64,000 bases of DNA from an uncultured beta proteobacterium (GCA_963743935.1 CAVURQ010000005.1:34625-98624), one strand, 5' to 3'. Shown: positions 20,428 to 31,233, counted from the first letter of the stretch. The notes: generated by a model from the letters alone, not told the origin. A program made the numbers and translations.

Positions 20428-20477
20428 GGGTTTTTCTCCTTCGTGATTGAGACGGCCGAACGATACAGGCTTGGCGC

Positions 20478-21581
20478 TCAGCTCGCCGCCACCACCGACA
20501 CCGGCACGCGCGGCGCCAGCGCACACATCAGCTCGTAGCCGATGGTGCCCGCGCTTTGTGCCACCTCGTCGATCGGCAGCAGGCTGGCGTTCGGCCCGTG
20601 GCCCCACAGCGTGACCTCGCTGCCCGGCCCGGCGTGCGGCAGCGGCGTCAGATCGACGGTGATCATGTCCATCGACACGCGGCCCACGGTGCGCGTGCGC
20701 ACGCCGTCCACCAGCACCGGCGTGCCGGTGGCGGCCGCACGTGGGTAACCATCGGCGTAACCGCAGGCGGCCACGCCGATGCGCATCGGCGTCTCGGCCA
20801 CGAAGCTGCTGCCGTAGCCGACACGGTCGCCCGGCAACAAGGACTGCACCGCGATGAGCTGCGCGCGCAGCGTCATCGCTGGCTGCAGTTGCCAGTGACC
20901 GATGTCGTGCTGCGGGTAGTCCGGTGCGCTGCCGTAGCTCATGATGCCGGCGCGCACCCAGTCGGCCGCAACGTTTGCCATCGTGGCGTGGCGCAAGGTG
21001 GCGGCGCTGTTGCTCAGGCTGCGTTCGCCCGGCAGGTCGTGCGTGGCGGCCTCGAAGGCGGCCAGCTGATGGGCGATCCCGCGCGCGCCGTCGGCGTCGG
21101 AGAAGTGTGTCATCAGCGAAATCTCCGCCACCTGCGGCAGCGCGTTCAGGCGCGCCCAGGCGGCGCGAAAGGGCGCCGCGCCAAAGCCCAGGCGGTTCAT
21201 GCCGCTGTTCATCTTCAGGAACACGCGGTGGGGCGCCTGGGTCTTGTGCGCGGCCAGCCAATCGATCTGCGCCTCGCGGTGCACGGCATGCCACAGGTTC
21301 AGGCGCGAACACAGCTCCAGGTCGCGCGGCTCGAAACAGCCTTCCAGCAACAGCACCGGCCCGCGCCAGCCGAGCGCGCGGACGCGTTCGGCCTCATTCA
21401 GGTCGAGCAGCGCAAAGCCGTCGGCGCCGCGCAGCCCGCCGAACACACGCTCGATGCCGTGGCCGTAGGCGTTGGCCTTGACCACGGCCCAGACCTTGGC
21501 ATCCGGCGCGGCGCGACGCACGCGCGCCAGGTTGTGCGCCAGGGCGTCGGTGTGGATCAGGGCTTCGATCGGACGCGGCAC
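20478..21581 (-). CDS. alr: Alanine racemase
   Basis: [14 protein letters not shown]-lysine motif, [20 protein letters not shown]; GTG start. Confidence 0.95.
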   Translation of the reverse strand: MPRPIEALIHTDALAHNLARVRRAAPDAKVWAVVKANAYGHGIERVFGGLRGADGFALLDLNEAERVRALGWRGPVLLLEGCFEPRDLELCSRLNLWHAVHREAQIDWLAAHKTQAPHRVFLKMNSGMNRLGFGAAPFRAAWARLNALPQVAEISLMTHFSDADGARGIAHQLAAFEAATHDLPGERSLSNSAATLRHATMANVAADWVRAGIMSYGSAPDYPQHDIGHWQLQPAMTLRAQLIAVQSLLPGDRVGYGSSFVAETPMRIGVAACGYADGYPRAAATGTPVLVDGVRTRTVGRVSMDMITVDLTPLPHAGPGSEVTLWGHGPNASLLPIDEVAQSAGTIGYELMCALAPRVPVSVVAAS

Positions 21582-21745
21582 TGGATTCCCTTCGCGCAGG
21601 CGCTTCGGCGGGCATTCTGCTCCCTTCGCGCACCCCGCATCCGGGTGCTGTTCGCGCCAGGGGTGCGTGCTATAAACCGCTGCCCTACTGGAGACAAGTC
21701 GCGCGCCGCAGGCCACGGCGCAGTGCGAGCACAAGCGCGTTGCGG

Positions 21746-23023
21746 ATGAAAAAAGGCTTCTCCACCATCATGTCGGCGCAGTTCTTCAGCTCGCTGGCTG
21801 ATAACGCGCTGCTCGTGGCCGCCATCGAGTTGCTCAACGCCTCGAAGGCGCCGACCTGGCATGTCGCCGCGCTGCCGTCGATGTTTGCGCTGTTCTACGT
21901 GCTGCTGGCGCCCTTTGTCGGCGCCTTTGCCGATGCGGTGCCGAAGGGCAAGGTCATGTTCGTGGCCAACGCCATCAAGGTCGTCGGCTGTCTGATGATG
22001 ATGTTCGGCGCGCACCCGCTGCTGTCCTACGCCATCGTCGGCCTCGGTGCGGCGGCCTATTCGCCGGCCAAGTACGGCATCCTCACCGAGCTGCTGCCGC
22101 CGTCGCAGCTGGTGCGTGCCAACGGCTGGATCGAAGGCCTGACGATCCTGTCGGTGATCCTGGGCATCGTGCTCGGCGGGCAGCTGGTCGGCAACCGCGT
22201 CTCAGCCATGCTGCTCGGCATGGACCTGCCCGTTATCGACACCGGCATCGACACGCCGGCCGAGGGTGCCATCGCGGTGATCATGCTGCTGTACCTGGTG
22301 GCGGCGCTGTTCAATCTGTACATCCCGCGCACCGAATCGCCGCTGCAGCCGCTGCCGCGCCGACTGTTTTCGCTGGTGCGTGATTTCTCGCAGTGCAACG
22401 CGCGACTGTGGAACGACAAGCTGGGGCAGATCTCGCTGGCGACGACGACGCTGTTCTGGGGCATTGGCGGCAACATGCGTGTCATCGTCTTCCCCTGGGC
22501 CGCGGTGGCGCTGGGCTACAACGTCACGCAGGCCTCGACGCTCGGTGCGGTGGTGGCCATCGGCACGGCGGCCGGTGCCGTGCTGGCGGCGTTGCGCACG
22601 CGGCTGGACAAGGCCACCGGCACCATTCCGATGGGCATTGCCATGGGCTTGCTCATCGCCGGGCTGAACTTCGTCACCGACGTGTGGGTGGCGGTGCCCT
22701 TCCTCATCCTGCTGGGCGCCGTCAGCGGCTACCTGGTGGTGCCGATGAACGCGCTGTTGCAGCACCGTGGGCACAACCTGATGGGCGCCGGGCGCTCGAT
22801 CGCCGTGCAGAACTTCAACGAGCAGGCCTGCATCCTCGGCCTGAGCGCGCTGTATGCGGCGATGACCAAGTTCGGCGTCACGGCCTTCGGCGTGATCACC
22901 GCACTCGGGCTGGGCGTGGCCTTCGTCATGTGGCTCATCCGCAGCTGGCATCAACGCAACTGCGTGCAGCATTTCGACGAGGTCGAGCGCCTGCTGGCCA
23001 TTGCCCGTTCCGACAAACATTGA
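21746..23023 (+). CDS. lplT: Lysophospholipid transporter LplT (MFS)
   Basis: [34 protein letters not shown]. Confidence 0.9.
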   Translation: MKKGFSTIMSAQFFSSLADNALLVAAIELLNASKAPTWHVAALPSMFALFYVLLAPFVGAFADAVPKGKVMFVANAIKVVGCLMMMFGAHPLLSYAIVGLGAAAYSPAKYGILTELLPPSQLVRANGWIEGLTILSVILGIVLGGQLVGNRVSAMLLGMDLPVIDTGIDTPAEGAIAVIMLLYLVAALFNLYIPRTESPLQPLPRRLFSLVRDFSQCNARLWNDKLGQISLATTTLFWGIGGNMRVIVFPWAAVALGYNVTQASTLGAVVAIGTAAGAVLAALRTRLDKATGTIPMGIAMGLLIAGLNFVTDVWVAVPFLILLGAVSGYLVVPMNALLQHRGHNLMGAGRSIAVQNFNEQACILGLSALYAAMTKFGVTAFGVITALGLGVAFVMWLIRSWHQRNCVQHFDEVERLLAIARSDKH

Positions 23024-23029
23024 CGCGGC

Positions 23030-23932
23030 ATGACGGCCGTGCCTTCCGCAGTGGCGCCCGCCGCACGCCTTGCGCTGCTGCCGGCGTTGGCGCTGGTCTT
23101 CAACGCCTTCACCTGGGGTGTGTCGTGGTGGCCCTTCCGCCAGCTCGAACAACTCGGCCTGCATCCTCTTTGGGCGACCGCGCTGATCTACACGCTGGCG
23201 GTGCTGTGCATCAGCGTCTGGCGGCCGCGCAGCTGGGCGCACTTGTGGCGCGCGCCGGCGCTGTGGGTGCTGGTGCTGGCCTCGGGCACGACCAACGCCG
23301 CCTTCAACTGGGGCGTGACGATCGGCGACGTGGTGCGCGTGGTCTTGCTGTTCTATCTGATGCCGCTGTGGGCAGTGTTGCTGGCCAGGCTGTTGTTGCA
23401 CGAGCGGCTGACGGCGCTGGCACTGGCGCGTGTCGCGCTGGCGCTGTGCGGCGCGGCCATCGTGCTGTGGCCAGCCGATGGTGGCGCAGCGCCGCTGCCG
23501 CGCAGCCTGGCCGAGGCGCTGGGGGTGCTCGGCGGTTTTGCCTTCGCCTTGAACAACGTCATGCTGCGACACCAGTCGCACCAGCCGGAGCTGGCGCGCG
23601 CGCTGGCCATGTTCGTGGGCGGCGCGGTGGTGGCCGGTGCGCTGGCAGTTGCCCTGGGGACGCAGGGTCTGGTGCCGCCGCCGCCCGCACCGGCGCCGCT
23701 CTGGATGGCGGGCGCTTTCAGCCTGGGCGTGTTGTTCCTGCTCAGCAACCTGAGCTTGCAGTACGGCGCGGCGCGCCTGAGCGCCAATGTCACGGCCGTG
23801 GTCATGGTCACCGAGGTGCTGTTTGCCAGCGTCTCGGCGGTGGCGCTGGGCGCCGGTCAGCTGAGTCTGTCGCTGATCCTCGGCGGCGCCTGCATCGTGG
23901 CCGCGGCGCTGCTGTCGGTGATGGAGCGCTGA
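23030..23932 (+). CDS. DMT/EamA family transporter
   Basis: About 10 hydrophobic segments, WGVSWWPFR, LLFYLMPLW, QYGAARL. Confidence 0.85.
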   Translation: MTAVPSAVAPAARLALLPALALVFNAFTWGVSWWPFRQLEQLGLHPLWATALIYTLAVLCISVWRPRSWAHLWRAPALWVLVLASGTTNAAFNWGVTIGDVVRVVLLFYLMPLWAVLLARLLLHERLTALALARVALALCGAAIVLWPADGGAAPLPRSLAEALGVLGGFAFALNNVMLRHQSHQPELARALAMFVGGAVVAGALAVALGTQGLVPPPPAPAPLWMAGAFSLGVLFLLSNLSLQYGAARLSANVTAVVMVTEVLFASVSAVALGAGQLSLSLILGGACIVAAALLSVMER

Positions 23933-24192
23933 GCGGGGCGCTGAGCGGATGCGAGCGCAGCGCCAGTCACGCCGCAAGCCGGAAGAAGCTGCCCAGGGCA
24001 CGATGCTCGAAATCGCTGAAGCCGTACAGGGCGACACGCAGGGCCGGGGTCATGGAAAGTGGGTTCGGCGACGGGCCGGCGTCACACAGCAGCGCGCCAA
24101 GTCTGCTGCGGATATTATCGAAAGCCGCTGCCACTCCCAGGACACACCATGCATCGACCTGCCTCGCAACCATTCAATCGGGCCGCGGCGTC

Positions 24193-24684
24193 ATGAGCAG
24201 CGTCTACGACTTCGAAGCCCTGTCCATCACCGGCAAGCCGGCGCACCTGAGCACACAGCGCGGCAAGGTGCTGCTCATCGTCAACACCGCCAGCGCCTGC
24301 GGCTTCACGCCGCAGTTCGCCGGGCTGGAAGAGCTGTGGAAGACCTACGCCGACCAGGGCCTGGTGGTGGTCGGGTTTCCGAGCAACCAGTTCGGCGGCC
24401 AGGACCCGGGCGCCAACGACGAGATCGCGTCCTTCTGCCAGTTGAACTACGGCGTGAATTTCCCGATGATGGCCAAGGTCGATGTCAACGGCCCGCACGC
24501 GCATCCGCTATGGCAGTGGCTGAGCACCGAGGCCCCGGGGCTGCTGGGCAGCAAGGCCATCAAGTGGAACTTCACCAAGTTCCTGGTGGGTCGCGACGGC
24601 AAGGTGATCAAGCGTTATGCGCCCACCGACACGCCGGCTTCACTCAAGAAGGACATCGAAGCCGCGTTGGCGGTCAAGGCCTGA
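24193..24684 (+). CDS. Glutathione peroxidase family protein (Cys type)
   Basis: VNTASACGFTPQ, GFPSNQFGGQDPG, IKWNFTKFL. Confidence 0.93.
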   Translation: MSSVYDFEALSITGKPAHLSTQRGKVLLIVNTASACGFTPQFAGLEELWKTYADQGLVVVGFPSNQFGGQDPGANDEIASFCQLNYGVNFPMMAKVDVNGPHAHPLWQWLSTEAPGLLGSKAIKWNFTKFLVGRDGKVIKRYAPTDTPASLKKDIEAALAVKA

Positions 24685-24694
24685 GGAGCACGCC

Positions 24695-25891
24695 ATGTTC
24701 GAACACGTCGAGCCCTTCGCAGGCGACCCGATCCTGGCGCTGGTCGAGGTCTTCGCCGCCGACCCGCGGCCCCACAAGGTCAACCTGTCGATCGGCATCT
24801 ACTTCGACGAGCAGGGCCGCATCCCGGTGCTGCGCTCGGTGCAGCTGGCCGAGCAGCGCGTGGTGGCGCAGGGCGGGCCAAAGCCTTACCTGCCGATCGA
24901 GGGCGCGGCCAACTTCCGCTCGGGCGTGCAGCAACTGCTGTTCGGCGCGGCGCACGAGGCGCTGCAGTCCAAACGCGTGGCCACGATCCAGTCGGTGGGT
25001 TCTTCGGGTGGCCTGAAGGTGGGCGCGGATTTCATCAAGCGCTGGTTTCCGAACAGCGGCGTCTGGGTCAGCGACCCGACCTGGGACAACCACCGCTCGA
25101 TGTTCGAAGGCGCCGGCATCGCCGTCAACACCTACCCCTACTACGACGCGGCCGGCGGCGGCGTGCGCTTCGCCGAGATGCTGGACACCTTGAACAAGGT
25201 ACCCGCCGGCAGCGTGGTGCTGCTGCACGCCTGCTGCCACAACCCGACCGGCGTGGACCTGAGCCGCGCGCAGTGGGACGAGCTGATTCCGCTGCTGAAA
25301 TCGCGTGGCTTGATCCCCTATCTGGACCTGGCCTACCAGGGCTTTGGCGACGGCATCGAGGAGGACGCCTACGCGGTGCGCGCGCTGGCCGCCTCAGGCG
25401 CCAGCTTCTTCATCGCCAACTCCTTCAGCAAGAGCATGAGCGTGTACGGCGAACGCTGCGGCGCGCTCAGCGTGGTCTGCCCCGACGCGAAGCAGGCCGA
25501 GAACGTGCTCGGGCAGATGAAGTTCACCGTGCGGCGCAACTACAGCAGCCCGCCGATCCACGGCGGCCAGATCGTCGCCCATGTGCTCGCCGATGCCGAC
25601 CTGCGGCCGATGTGGCAGGCCGAGCTGGCGGCGATGCGCATGCGCATCCTGGCGATGCGCAAGTCGCTGCATGAAGTCATCAGCGCCAAGGTGCCGGGGC
25701 GCAACTTCGACTATTTCCTCACGCAGCGCGGCATGTTCAGCTACACCGGTCTGAGCGCCACGCAGGTGGACCGCTTGCGCGACCAGTATGCGGTGTACCT
25801 GGTGCGTTCGGGCCGGATCTGCGTGGCCGGTCTGAACAGCGGCAATGTCGAGCGCAGCGCGCAGGCCATGGCCGAGGTGATGGCGGGCTGA
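24695..25891 (+). CDS. tyrB: Aromatic amino acid / aspartate aminotransferase
   Basis: KVNLSIGIY, LLHACCHNPTG, DLAYQGFG, SFSKSMSVYGERCG, QRGMFSYTG. Confidence 0.92.
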   Translation: MFEHVEPFAGDPILALVEVFAADPRPHKVNLSIGIYFDEQGRIPVLRSVQLAEQRVVAQGGPKPYLPIEGAANFRSGVQQLLFGAAHEALQSKRVATIQSVGSSGGLKVGADFIKRWFPNSGVWVSDPTWDNHRSMFEGAGIAVNTYPYYDAAGGGVRFAEMLDTLNKVPAGSVVLLHACCHNPTGVDLSRAQWDELIPLLKSRGLIPYLDLAYQGFGDGIEEDAYAVRALAASGASFFIANSFSKSMSVYGERCGALSVVCPDAKQAENVLGQMKFTVRRNYSSPPIHGGQIVAHVLADADLRPMWQAELAAMRMRILAMRKSLHEVISAKVPGRNFDYFLTQRGMFSYTGLSATQVDRLRDQYAVYLVRSGRICVAGLNSGNVERSAQAMAEVMAG

Positions 25892-25913
25892 GGGGCCATC
25901 GCGCGAGCGCACC

Positions 25914-27427
25914 TCAGGTGTCTGCCGCCGCCGGCAGCGACAAGGTCACCGTGGTGCCTTCGCCGAGCCGGCTGCTCACCGCCACGCTGCCGCCATGCAG
26001 CTCGGCGATGCGCTTGACGATGGCCAGGCCCAGGCCCTTGCCGCCTTCGCCTGTGGCGGGTGCCACGCTCTGCCGCACCTGGTAGAAGCGGTCGAACAGG
26101 TGCGGCTGATCGGCCTCGGCGATGCCCGCGCCGGTGTCGGACACGCTCACCCGCACCTGGCCGCCTTCGCGCTGCGCGCGCAGCACGATGCGTCCACCGC
26201 TCGGGCAGAACTTCAGCGCGTTGTCCACCAGGTTGGCGATCGCGCGCTCGAACAGCTCCACATCCACCGCCGCCACGGCAGGCTCGCCCGCGCGGCTTCG
26301 GCCACCAGCGTCACGCCCAGGGCCGCGGCGCGCGGCGCGAAGCGCAGCGCGATGTCGTCCAGCAGCTCGCTCAACGGCAGTGTCTCGCTGCGCAACTGGA
26401 ACTGCGGCTCGTCCAGCTGCGACAGCTCGCCCAGCGACTGCACCAGCCGCGCGGCGTTGCGCGTGTTGCGCAGCGCCACCTCGACCAACTGCCGGTCGTC
26501 GGCACGTGCGGCATCGCCGCTGAAGCGCGCGTCCAGCGTTTCCAGGCAGGCGGTGGTGGCGGTGAGCGGCGAGCGCAGGTCGTGCGACAGGTTGCTCACG
26601 CCTTCGCGGCGAAAGTGGTCGAGCCGGCGCAGCGCCTCCCACTGCCGGCGCAGCGCTTCGAGCATGCGCCGGAAACCCTGGCTCAACTGGCCGAACTCGT
26701 CGGTCGCCGGCATGTCGGGCCAGGCGCTGACGGTCTTGCCGGGCGCGCCGGCATCCAGCCCCTCGGCGGTGACCGCGGCCACGGCCTGGCTCAAGCGGCG
26801 CAGCGGGCGCGTGACCACGCCGATGATCCAGGCCGCGAGCAAGGTGGTCAGCGCCACCAGCACGACGATGAAGCCCAGCGCCGGCAGCGCAAAGCTGCTG
26901 CGCAGCGCGGCAATGCGACCCTCGGGCAGCGCCGGCTTGCGGCACACCAGGTACAGGTAGCCGGCAGCGACATCGTCCTTGCGGATGATGGCGCGGCTCA
27001 AGGCGCGCGCGGCGATGACGGCGTCGCCTTCCATGCCTTGCGGGTCGTCACCCATCACATAGGGCATCGGCTCGGCGCTGGCCGCCTGCATCACTGGCGC
27101 CAGCGCCACCTTGAACCCGGCGGGCACGCGCATCGGGCTGCTGCTGGCCAGCACCTGGCCCTGCGCATCCAGCAGGTACAACTGCGTGTCGGGCTCGAAC
27201 AGCACCAGGCTGCGCAGGAACTCGGTGAACTGCTCGGGGTGGCGCTGGTGCAGGTCGAGCAGGTCGGGGTGCTCCTGCACCACCCGGCCGAGAAAGCCGC
27301 TGGCGCGGTAGTAGGTGCTTTCATGCTCGAAGCGTTCGAACGCGGCCAGCACCGTCAGCACCACGCCCAGCGCGGTGAGCGCGCCGGTGATGAAGATCGT
27401 CAGCGCGATCTTGAAGCGCACCGTCAT
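25914..27427 (-). CDS. Membrane HAMP sensor histidine kinase (frameshift near 26280)
   Basis: Two TM segments, HAMP, NLSHDLRSPL H-box (ORF 26213..27427) and NLVDNALKF…DTGAGI…GKGLGLAIVK (ORF 25914..26945). Confidence 0.88.
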
Positions 27428-27486
27428 CGGCCCACCCCTGCCTCGGCTTCGCGGTGCTGCGCGGCTGGCGACGGACTGCGATCAAG

Positions 27487-27563
27487 CGGACACGGTGGAA
27501 CCGGCTCTGCCGGGCCACACGTGGCGCCCCCTGGGGGGAGCGGCGAAGCCGCTGCGGGGGGGG
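27487..27563 (+). repeat. REP-like palindromic intergenic element (copy 1)
   Basis: CGGACACGGTGGAACCGGCTCTGCCGGGCCACACGTGGCGCCCCCTGGGGGG plus hairpin AGCGGC-GAA-GCCGCT; similar to reverse complement of 63949..64000. Confidence 0.7.
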
Positions 27564-28271
27564 TCACAAATCACGCATCTTGTAGCCCGCGCCGCGCACG
27601 GTGAGGATCAACTGCGGGCGCATCGGGTCGGCTTCCAACTTGTTGCGCAGGCGGTTGATGTGCGTGGTGACGGTGTGCTCGTAGCCGTCGTGGCTGTAGC
27701 CCCAGACCGCATCCAGCAGCTGCGCGCGCGAAAACACATGCCCTGGGTGTTGGGCAAAGTGCAGCAGCAGGTCGAACTCCAGCGCGGTGAAGTCCACCGC
27801 CTTGCTGCCATGGCGCACCTGGCGCTTGATGGGCAATATCTCCAGGCTGCCGTTGCGCACCACGCCGGCCGACGCGGCGCCGCTGCCCAACGCGGCGCGG
27901 TGCATCTCCGCACGGCGCAGCAGCGCCTTGACGCGCGCCAGCAGCTCGGCCAGCGAGAAGGGTTTGGTCAGGTAGTCGTCGGCACCCAGCTCCAGGCCGA
28001 GCACGCGATCCAGCTCGGTGGCTTTGGCGGTGAGCATCAGGATGGGGGTGCCGTGGCCGCGCGCGCGCAGCGCCTTGCACACCTCCAGCCCACCCAGGCC
28101 GGGCATCATCAGATCGAGAATGAGCAGGTCGCTGGCGCGCTCTTCCTGGCTGGCCAGGGCGGCCAGCCCGTCGGCCACGGCGCCGACCTCGTAACCCGCG
28201 CCGCGCAGGTTCATCACCAGCAGGTCGCGGATGTCGGCTTGGTCCTCGGCCACCAGGATGTGCAAGGGCAT
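27564..28271 (-). CDS. OmpR-family response regulator
   Basis: ILVAEDQ, LILDLMMPG, LMLTAK, GADDYLTKPF, winged-helix TVTTHINRLRNKLE…TVRGAGY. Confidence 0.95.
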   Translation of the reverse strand: MPLHILVAEDQADIRDLLVMNLRGAGYEVGAVADGLAALASQEERASDLLILDLMMPGLGGLEVCKALRARGHGTPILMLTAKATELDRVLGLELGADDYLTKPFSLAELLARVKALLRRAEMHRAALGSGAASAGVVRNGSLEILPIKRQVRHGSKAVDFTALEFDLLLHFAQHPGHVFSRAQLLDAVWGYSHDGYEHTVTTHINRLRNKLEADPMRPQLILTVRGAGYKMRDL

Positions 28272-28310
28272 GCGCCATTGTCGTGCCGCGTCGCGGCGGG
28301 CTTACGCAAA

Positions 28311-28327
28311 TGTGATCTGGCTGTGAT
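28311..28327. promoter_or_regulatory. Putative OmpR-type tandem binding box
   Basis: TGTGAT direct repeat at 28311 and 28322 (11-bp period) between the response regulator and the ECF sigma gene. Confidence 0.45.
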
Positions 28328-28394
28328 GTTTGGCGAGCTTTGCGCAATGTGCGGCGGCCACAGTGCAGGCATCGACCCCGCCTCTGGAGCCCAC

Positions 28395-28976
28395 ATGCAC
28401 GCTGCCGCCGCCACCGCCTCTGGGAACACCGCTGCGCTCGCCGCCGCCGCCTCCTTCACCGCGGCCCACGCACCGCGCCCCGCCGCCATCGACGTGGCCT
28501 GGACCGAGCTGATGGCGCAGCGCAGCTACCTGGTGCGCTTTGCGCAGCGCAAGCTGCAGGACCCGTCATTGGCCGAGGATGTGGTGCACGATGTCTTCGA
28601 GGCGGTGCTGTCCGGTCGCGCGCGCTTCGCCGGCCAGTCGGCGCTGCGCTCATGGCTGACGGGCGTGCTCAAGCACAAGATCGTCGACCTGGTGCGCCAG
28701 CGCCGTTGCATGCAAAGCCTGGACGACGAGGCTGACGACGGCGAAGCGCTGGCGCTGGAATGCCCGCAGCCGCGGCCCGACGAGATTGCCGAGCAGCGCG
28801 AGCTGCTGCGCCAGGCACTGCAGCGCATCGAGGGCCTGCCCGCTGGCCTGCGCGACGCGATGCGACTGCGCGTGCTCAACGACCAGCCCACCGAGCAGGT
28901 GTGCAAGGCGCTGCAGATCAGCGAGGAGAACCTCTTCGTGCGGCTGCACCGGGCGCGCAAGCAGTTGTTGTGCTGA
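28395..28976 (+). CDS. ECF RNA polymerase sigma factor
   Basis: LAEDVVHDVF…FAGQSALRSWLTGVLKHKIVD (region 2); EQVCKALQISEENLFVRLHRARKQL (region 4); GGAG RBS. Confidence 0.9.
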   Translation: MHAAAATASGNTAALAAAASFTAAHAPRPAAIDVAWTELMAQRSYLVRFAQRKLQDPSLAEDVVHDVFEAVLSGRARFAGQSALRSWLTGVLKHKIVDLVRQRRCMQSLDDEADDGEALALECPQPRPDEIAEQRELLRQALQRIEGLPAGLRDAMRLRVLNDQPTEQVCKALQISEENLFVRLHRARKQLLC

Positions 28977-29036
28977 TCGGGCCGCGACGCTGCGCCAATG
29001 CCCGTCGCGAGCCGCGCGTCTGCGCGGCGCCCGCCT

Positions 29037-30137
29037 TCAGGCCGCCAACGAAGACAGCGGCGCCAGCACCACGCCACGCGCCTGGGACACCGCGGCCGCG
29101 GCCTCGTCCAACTCGGCCAGCGTGCCGCCATCCACCGGCAGGCTCACCGCCCGCGCGCGGCGCGAGGCGCGTTCCGGATCGCCCGGCACGAGGATCGGCT
29201 CGGCGTCGTCGCGCAGCCTTGAGGACTGCACCCATTCGACGAAGGCGTTCACCTCGGCGCCGAACATCTGCTGGTCGCTCAGCCGCGCCGGGTCGAAGAC
29301 CATCGCCAGCATGTTGTTCCACACCGCATGCTGCGCCGTCAGGTGCGCCGGGCGCGTGGTGTCGCCGCCGGTCAGCGCGGCGCCGAGCATTTCGCACACC
29401 ATGGCCAGCGCATAACCCTTGTGCTGGGCAAAGGGCACGAGCGCGCCGCCGGCCTCGCCGTCCGGCGGGAACAGCTTGGACGGGTCTTCGGTGTAGTTGC
29501 CCTGCGCGTCGAGCATCAGGTTCGGCGGCAGCTTCTTGCCGCTGAGGTGCGCGACACGCACCTTGCCCATGGCGATGGCGCTGGTGGCGTAGTCCAGCAC
29601 CACCGGCTCGCGCCCCGGCACGGGGATGCCGACGGTGAAGGGATTGGTGACGTAGCGCGCCTCGATGCCGCGAAAGGGCGCGACCACCGGCTTGCTCAGC
29701 GCGTTGACGAAGTGCACCGACACCATGCCGGCGGCCACCGCCTGCTCGGCCCAGTGGCCGATGCGGCCGATGTGGTGCGCGTGTTTCAGGCCCATGACGC
29801 ACACGCCGTGGGTGCGGGCGCGTTCGATCGCCAGATTCATGGCTTCATAGGCCGTGCTCTGGCCCATGCCGCGCTGGGCGTCCAGGCTGAGCATGGCGCC
29901 GCTGTCGCTGGTGATCGCGACATGCTGGTTCAGCTGCAGCTCACCGGCCAGCCAGCTTTTCACGTAGCGCGGCACCATGCCCACGCCGTGTGAATCGTGG
30001 CCCGCCAGATTGGCGCCGACCAGATGCTCGGCGGTGAGCCGGGCCTCGTCGGCGCTGCAGCCCGCAGCCAGCCAGAGTTGTTCAACCCAGCGCCGCAGCG
30101 CTGCCGTGGGAATGAGTGTGTCGGCCATGCGCGACAT
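29037..30137 (-). CDS. Ldh_2-family (malate/L-lactate/ureidoglycolate) dehydrogenase
   Basis: GHDSHG, HHIGRIGHW, TNPF, LDYATS, HKGYALA, VPGDPE. Confidence 0.9.
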   Translation of the reverse strand: MSRMADTLIPTAALRRWVEQLWLAAGCSADEARLTAEHLVGANLAGHDSHGVGMVPRYVKSWLAGELQLNQHVAITSDSGAMLSLDAQRGMGQSTAYEAMNLAIERARTHGVCVMGLKHAHHIGRIGHWAEQAVAAGMVSVHFVNALSKPVVAPFRGIEARYVTNPFTVGIPVPGREPVVLDYATSAIAMGKVRVAHLSGKKLPPNLMLDAQGNYTEDPSKLFPPDGEAGGALVPFAQHKGYALAMVCEMLGAALTGGDTTRPAHLTAQHAVWNNMLAMVFDPARLSDQQMFGAEVNAFVEWVQSSRLRDDAEPILVPGDPERASRRARAVSLPVDGGTLAELDEAAAAVSQARGVVLAPLSSLAA

Positions 30138-30164
30138 TGTGGCGGAGCCGTCGCCTCGCCACAG

Positions 30165-31097
30165 CTAGGGCTGCCCCCCAACGGCCTGCAGCACCCGCTC
30201 GCGCAGCCAGCGGTGCGCCGGTTCGGCGTCGCGACGCATGTGCCACAGCATGCTCACCTGCATCGCGCCCAGGTCGAAGGGCAGTTCGCGCACCGCCAGC
30301 TCATTTTCATGGCCTGTAGCAGGCAAGAAGACCTGCGGCAGCACCGTCAGCAGGTCGGATTGCGTGATGACCCGCCCGGCGGTGAAATGCTGGTTCACGC
30401 TCAGCACCACGCGGCGCTGGCGGCCCAGTGCCGTCAGCGCCTGGTCGACATAACCTTGCGGCCGGCCGGTGGAGCTGGTGAGCAGATGGTGGGCGGCGCA
30501 ATAGGCATCCAGCGTCAATGGCTGGGCGGCCAGCGGGTGGCCGCGGCGCATGACGCAGACATAACGCGTGTCGTACAGGCGGGCGTGGCGCAGTGCTGAA
30601 TCGCGCCCCGCGGCGAGCAGCGCGGTCACGGTTTCGGGGAAGTGGCCGACGGCCAGGTCGGCGTCACCTTGCTGGATCAACTGGCGCGGCTCGCGCGTCG
30701 TCAGCGGCAGCACGCGCAGGTTGCATTGCGCCCGGTCGCGCTCGATGCCGGCCACCAGCGTGGGGGTCAGCAACGCGGCGGTGGCGTCGGTCATGGCGAG
30801 GCGGAAGTTCACCACCTGGGTCTGCGGGTTGAACTCGCCCGGCGCCAGCGCCTGTTGCAGGCCGGCCAGCGCGGCGCGCACCTGCGGCCACAGCGCCTCA
30901 GCCTTCGGAGTGGGCGTCATGCCAAAGGCGCTGCGCACGAACAACGCTTCGCCGACGGACTCGTGAAGCCGCTTCAGCGCGTGGCTGGCTGCTGGCTGAG
31001 TGATCGCTAACACCTCTGCAGCGCGAGTCAGACTGCCTTCTGCCATGACCGCGTCGAAGACGCGCAACAAGTTCAGATCGAGTGTTCGGAAGTTCAT
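30165..31097 (-). CDS. LysR-family transcriptional regulator
   Basis: LDLNLLRVFDAVMAEGSLTRAA…TQPAASHALKRL HTH; C-terminal HRWLR. Confidence 0.95.
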   Translation of the reverse strand: MNFRTLDLNLLRVFDAVMAEGSLTRAAEVLAITQPAASHALKRLHESVGEALFVRSAFGMTPTPKAEALWPQVRAALAGLQQALAPGEFNPQTQVVNFRLAMTDATAALLTPTLVAGIERDRAQCNLRVLPLTTREPRQLIQQGDADLAVGHFPETVTALLAAGRDSALRHARLYDTRYVCVMRRGHPLAAQPLTLDAYCAAHHLLTSSTGRPQGYVDQALTALGRQRRVVLSVNQHFTAGRVITQSDLLTVLPQVFLPATGHENELAVRELPFDLGAMQVSMLWHMRRDAEPAHRWLRERVLQAVGGQP

Positions 31098-31233
31098 GGC
31101 CTGCCCTCAATATGCACATCATTTATAGCTTACATAGATAGTTTTCATTGGATAAATATAAGGGTTAACCCGATATTTGCTCCATCGGCCGATTCGCCGA
31201 TGCAACGCCCACAAGGCGAGGAGAGGAATCAAC
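31098..31233. promoter_or_regulatory. AT-rich divergent promoter region, LysR / small proteins
   Basis: Sharp AT-rich island; imperfect palindrome AAATAT-AA-GGGTTAACCC-G-ATATTT (31154..31178); GAGGA RBS before 31234. Confidence 0.6.

Noticed and set aside
24193-24684. Selenocysteine glutathione peroxidase
   Set aside because: The active-site codon is TGC (Cys) and there is no in-frame TGA.
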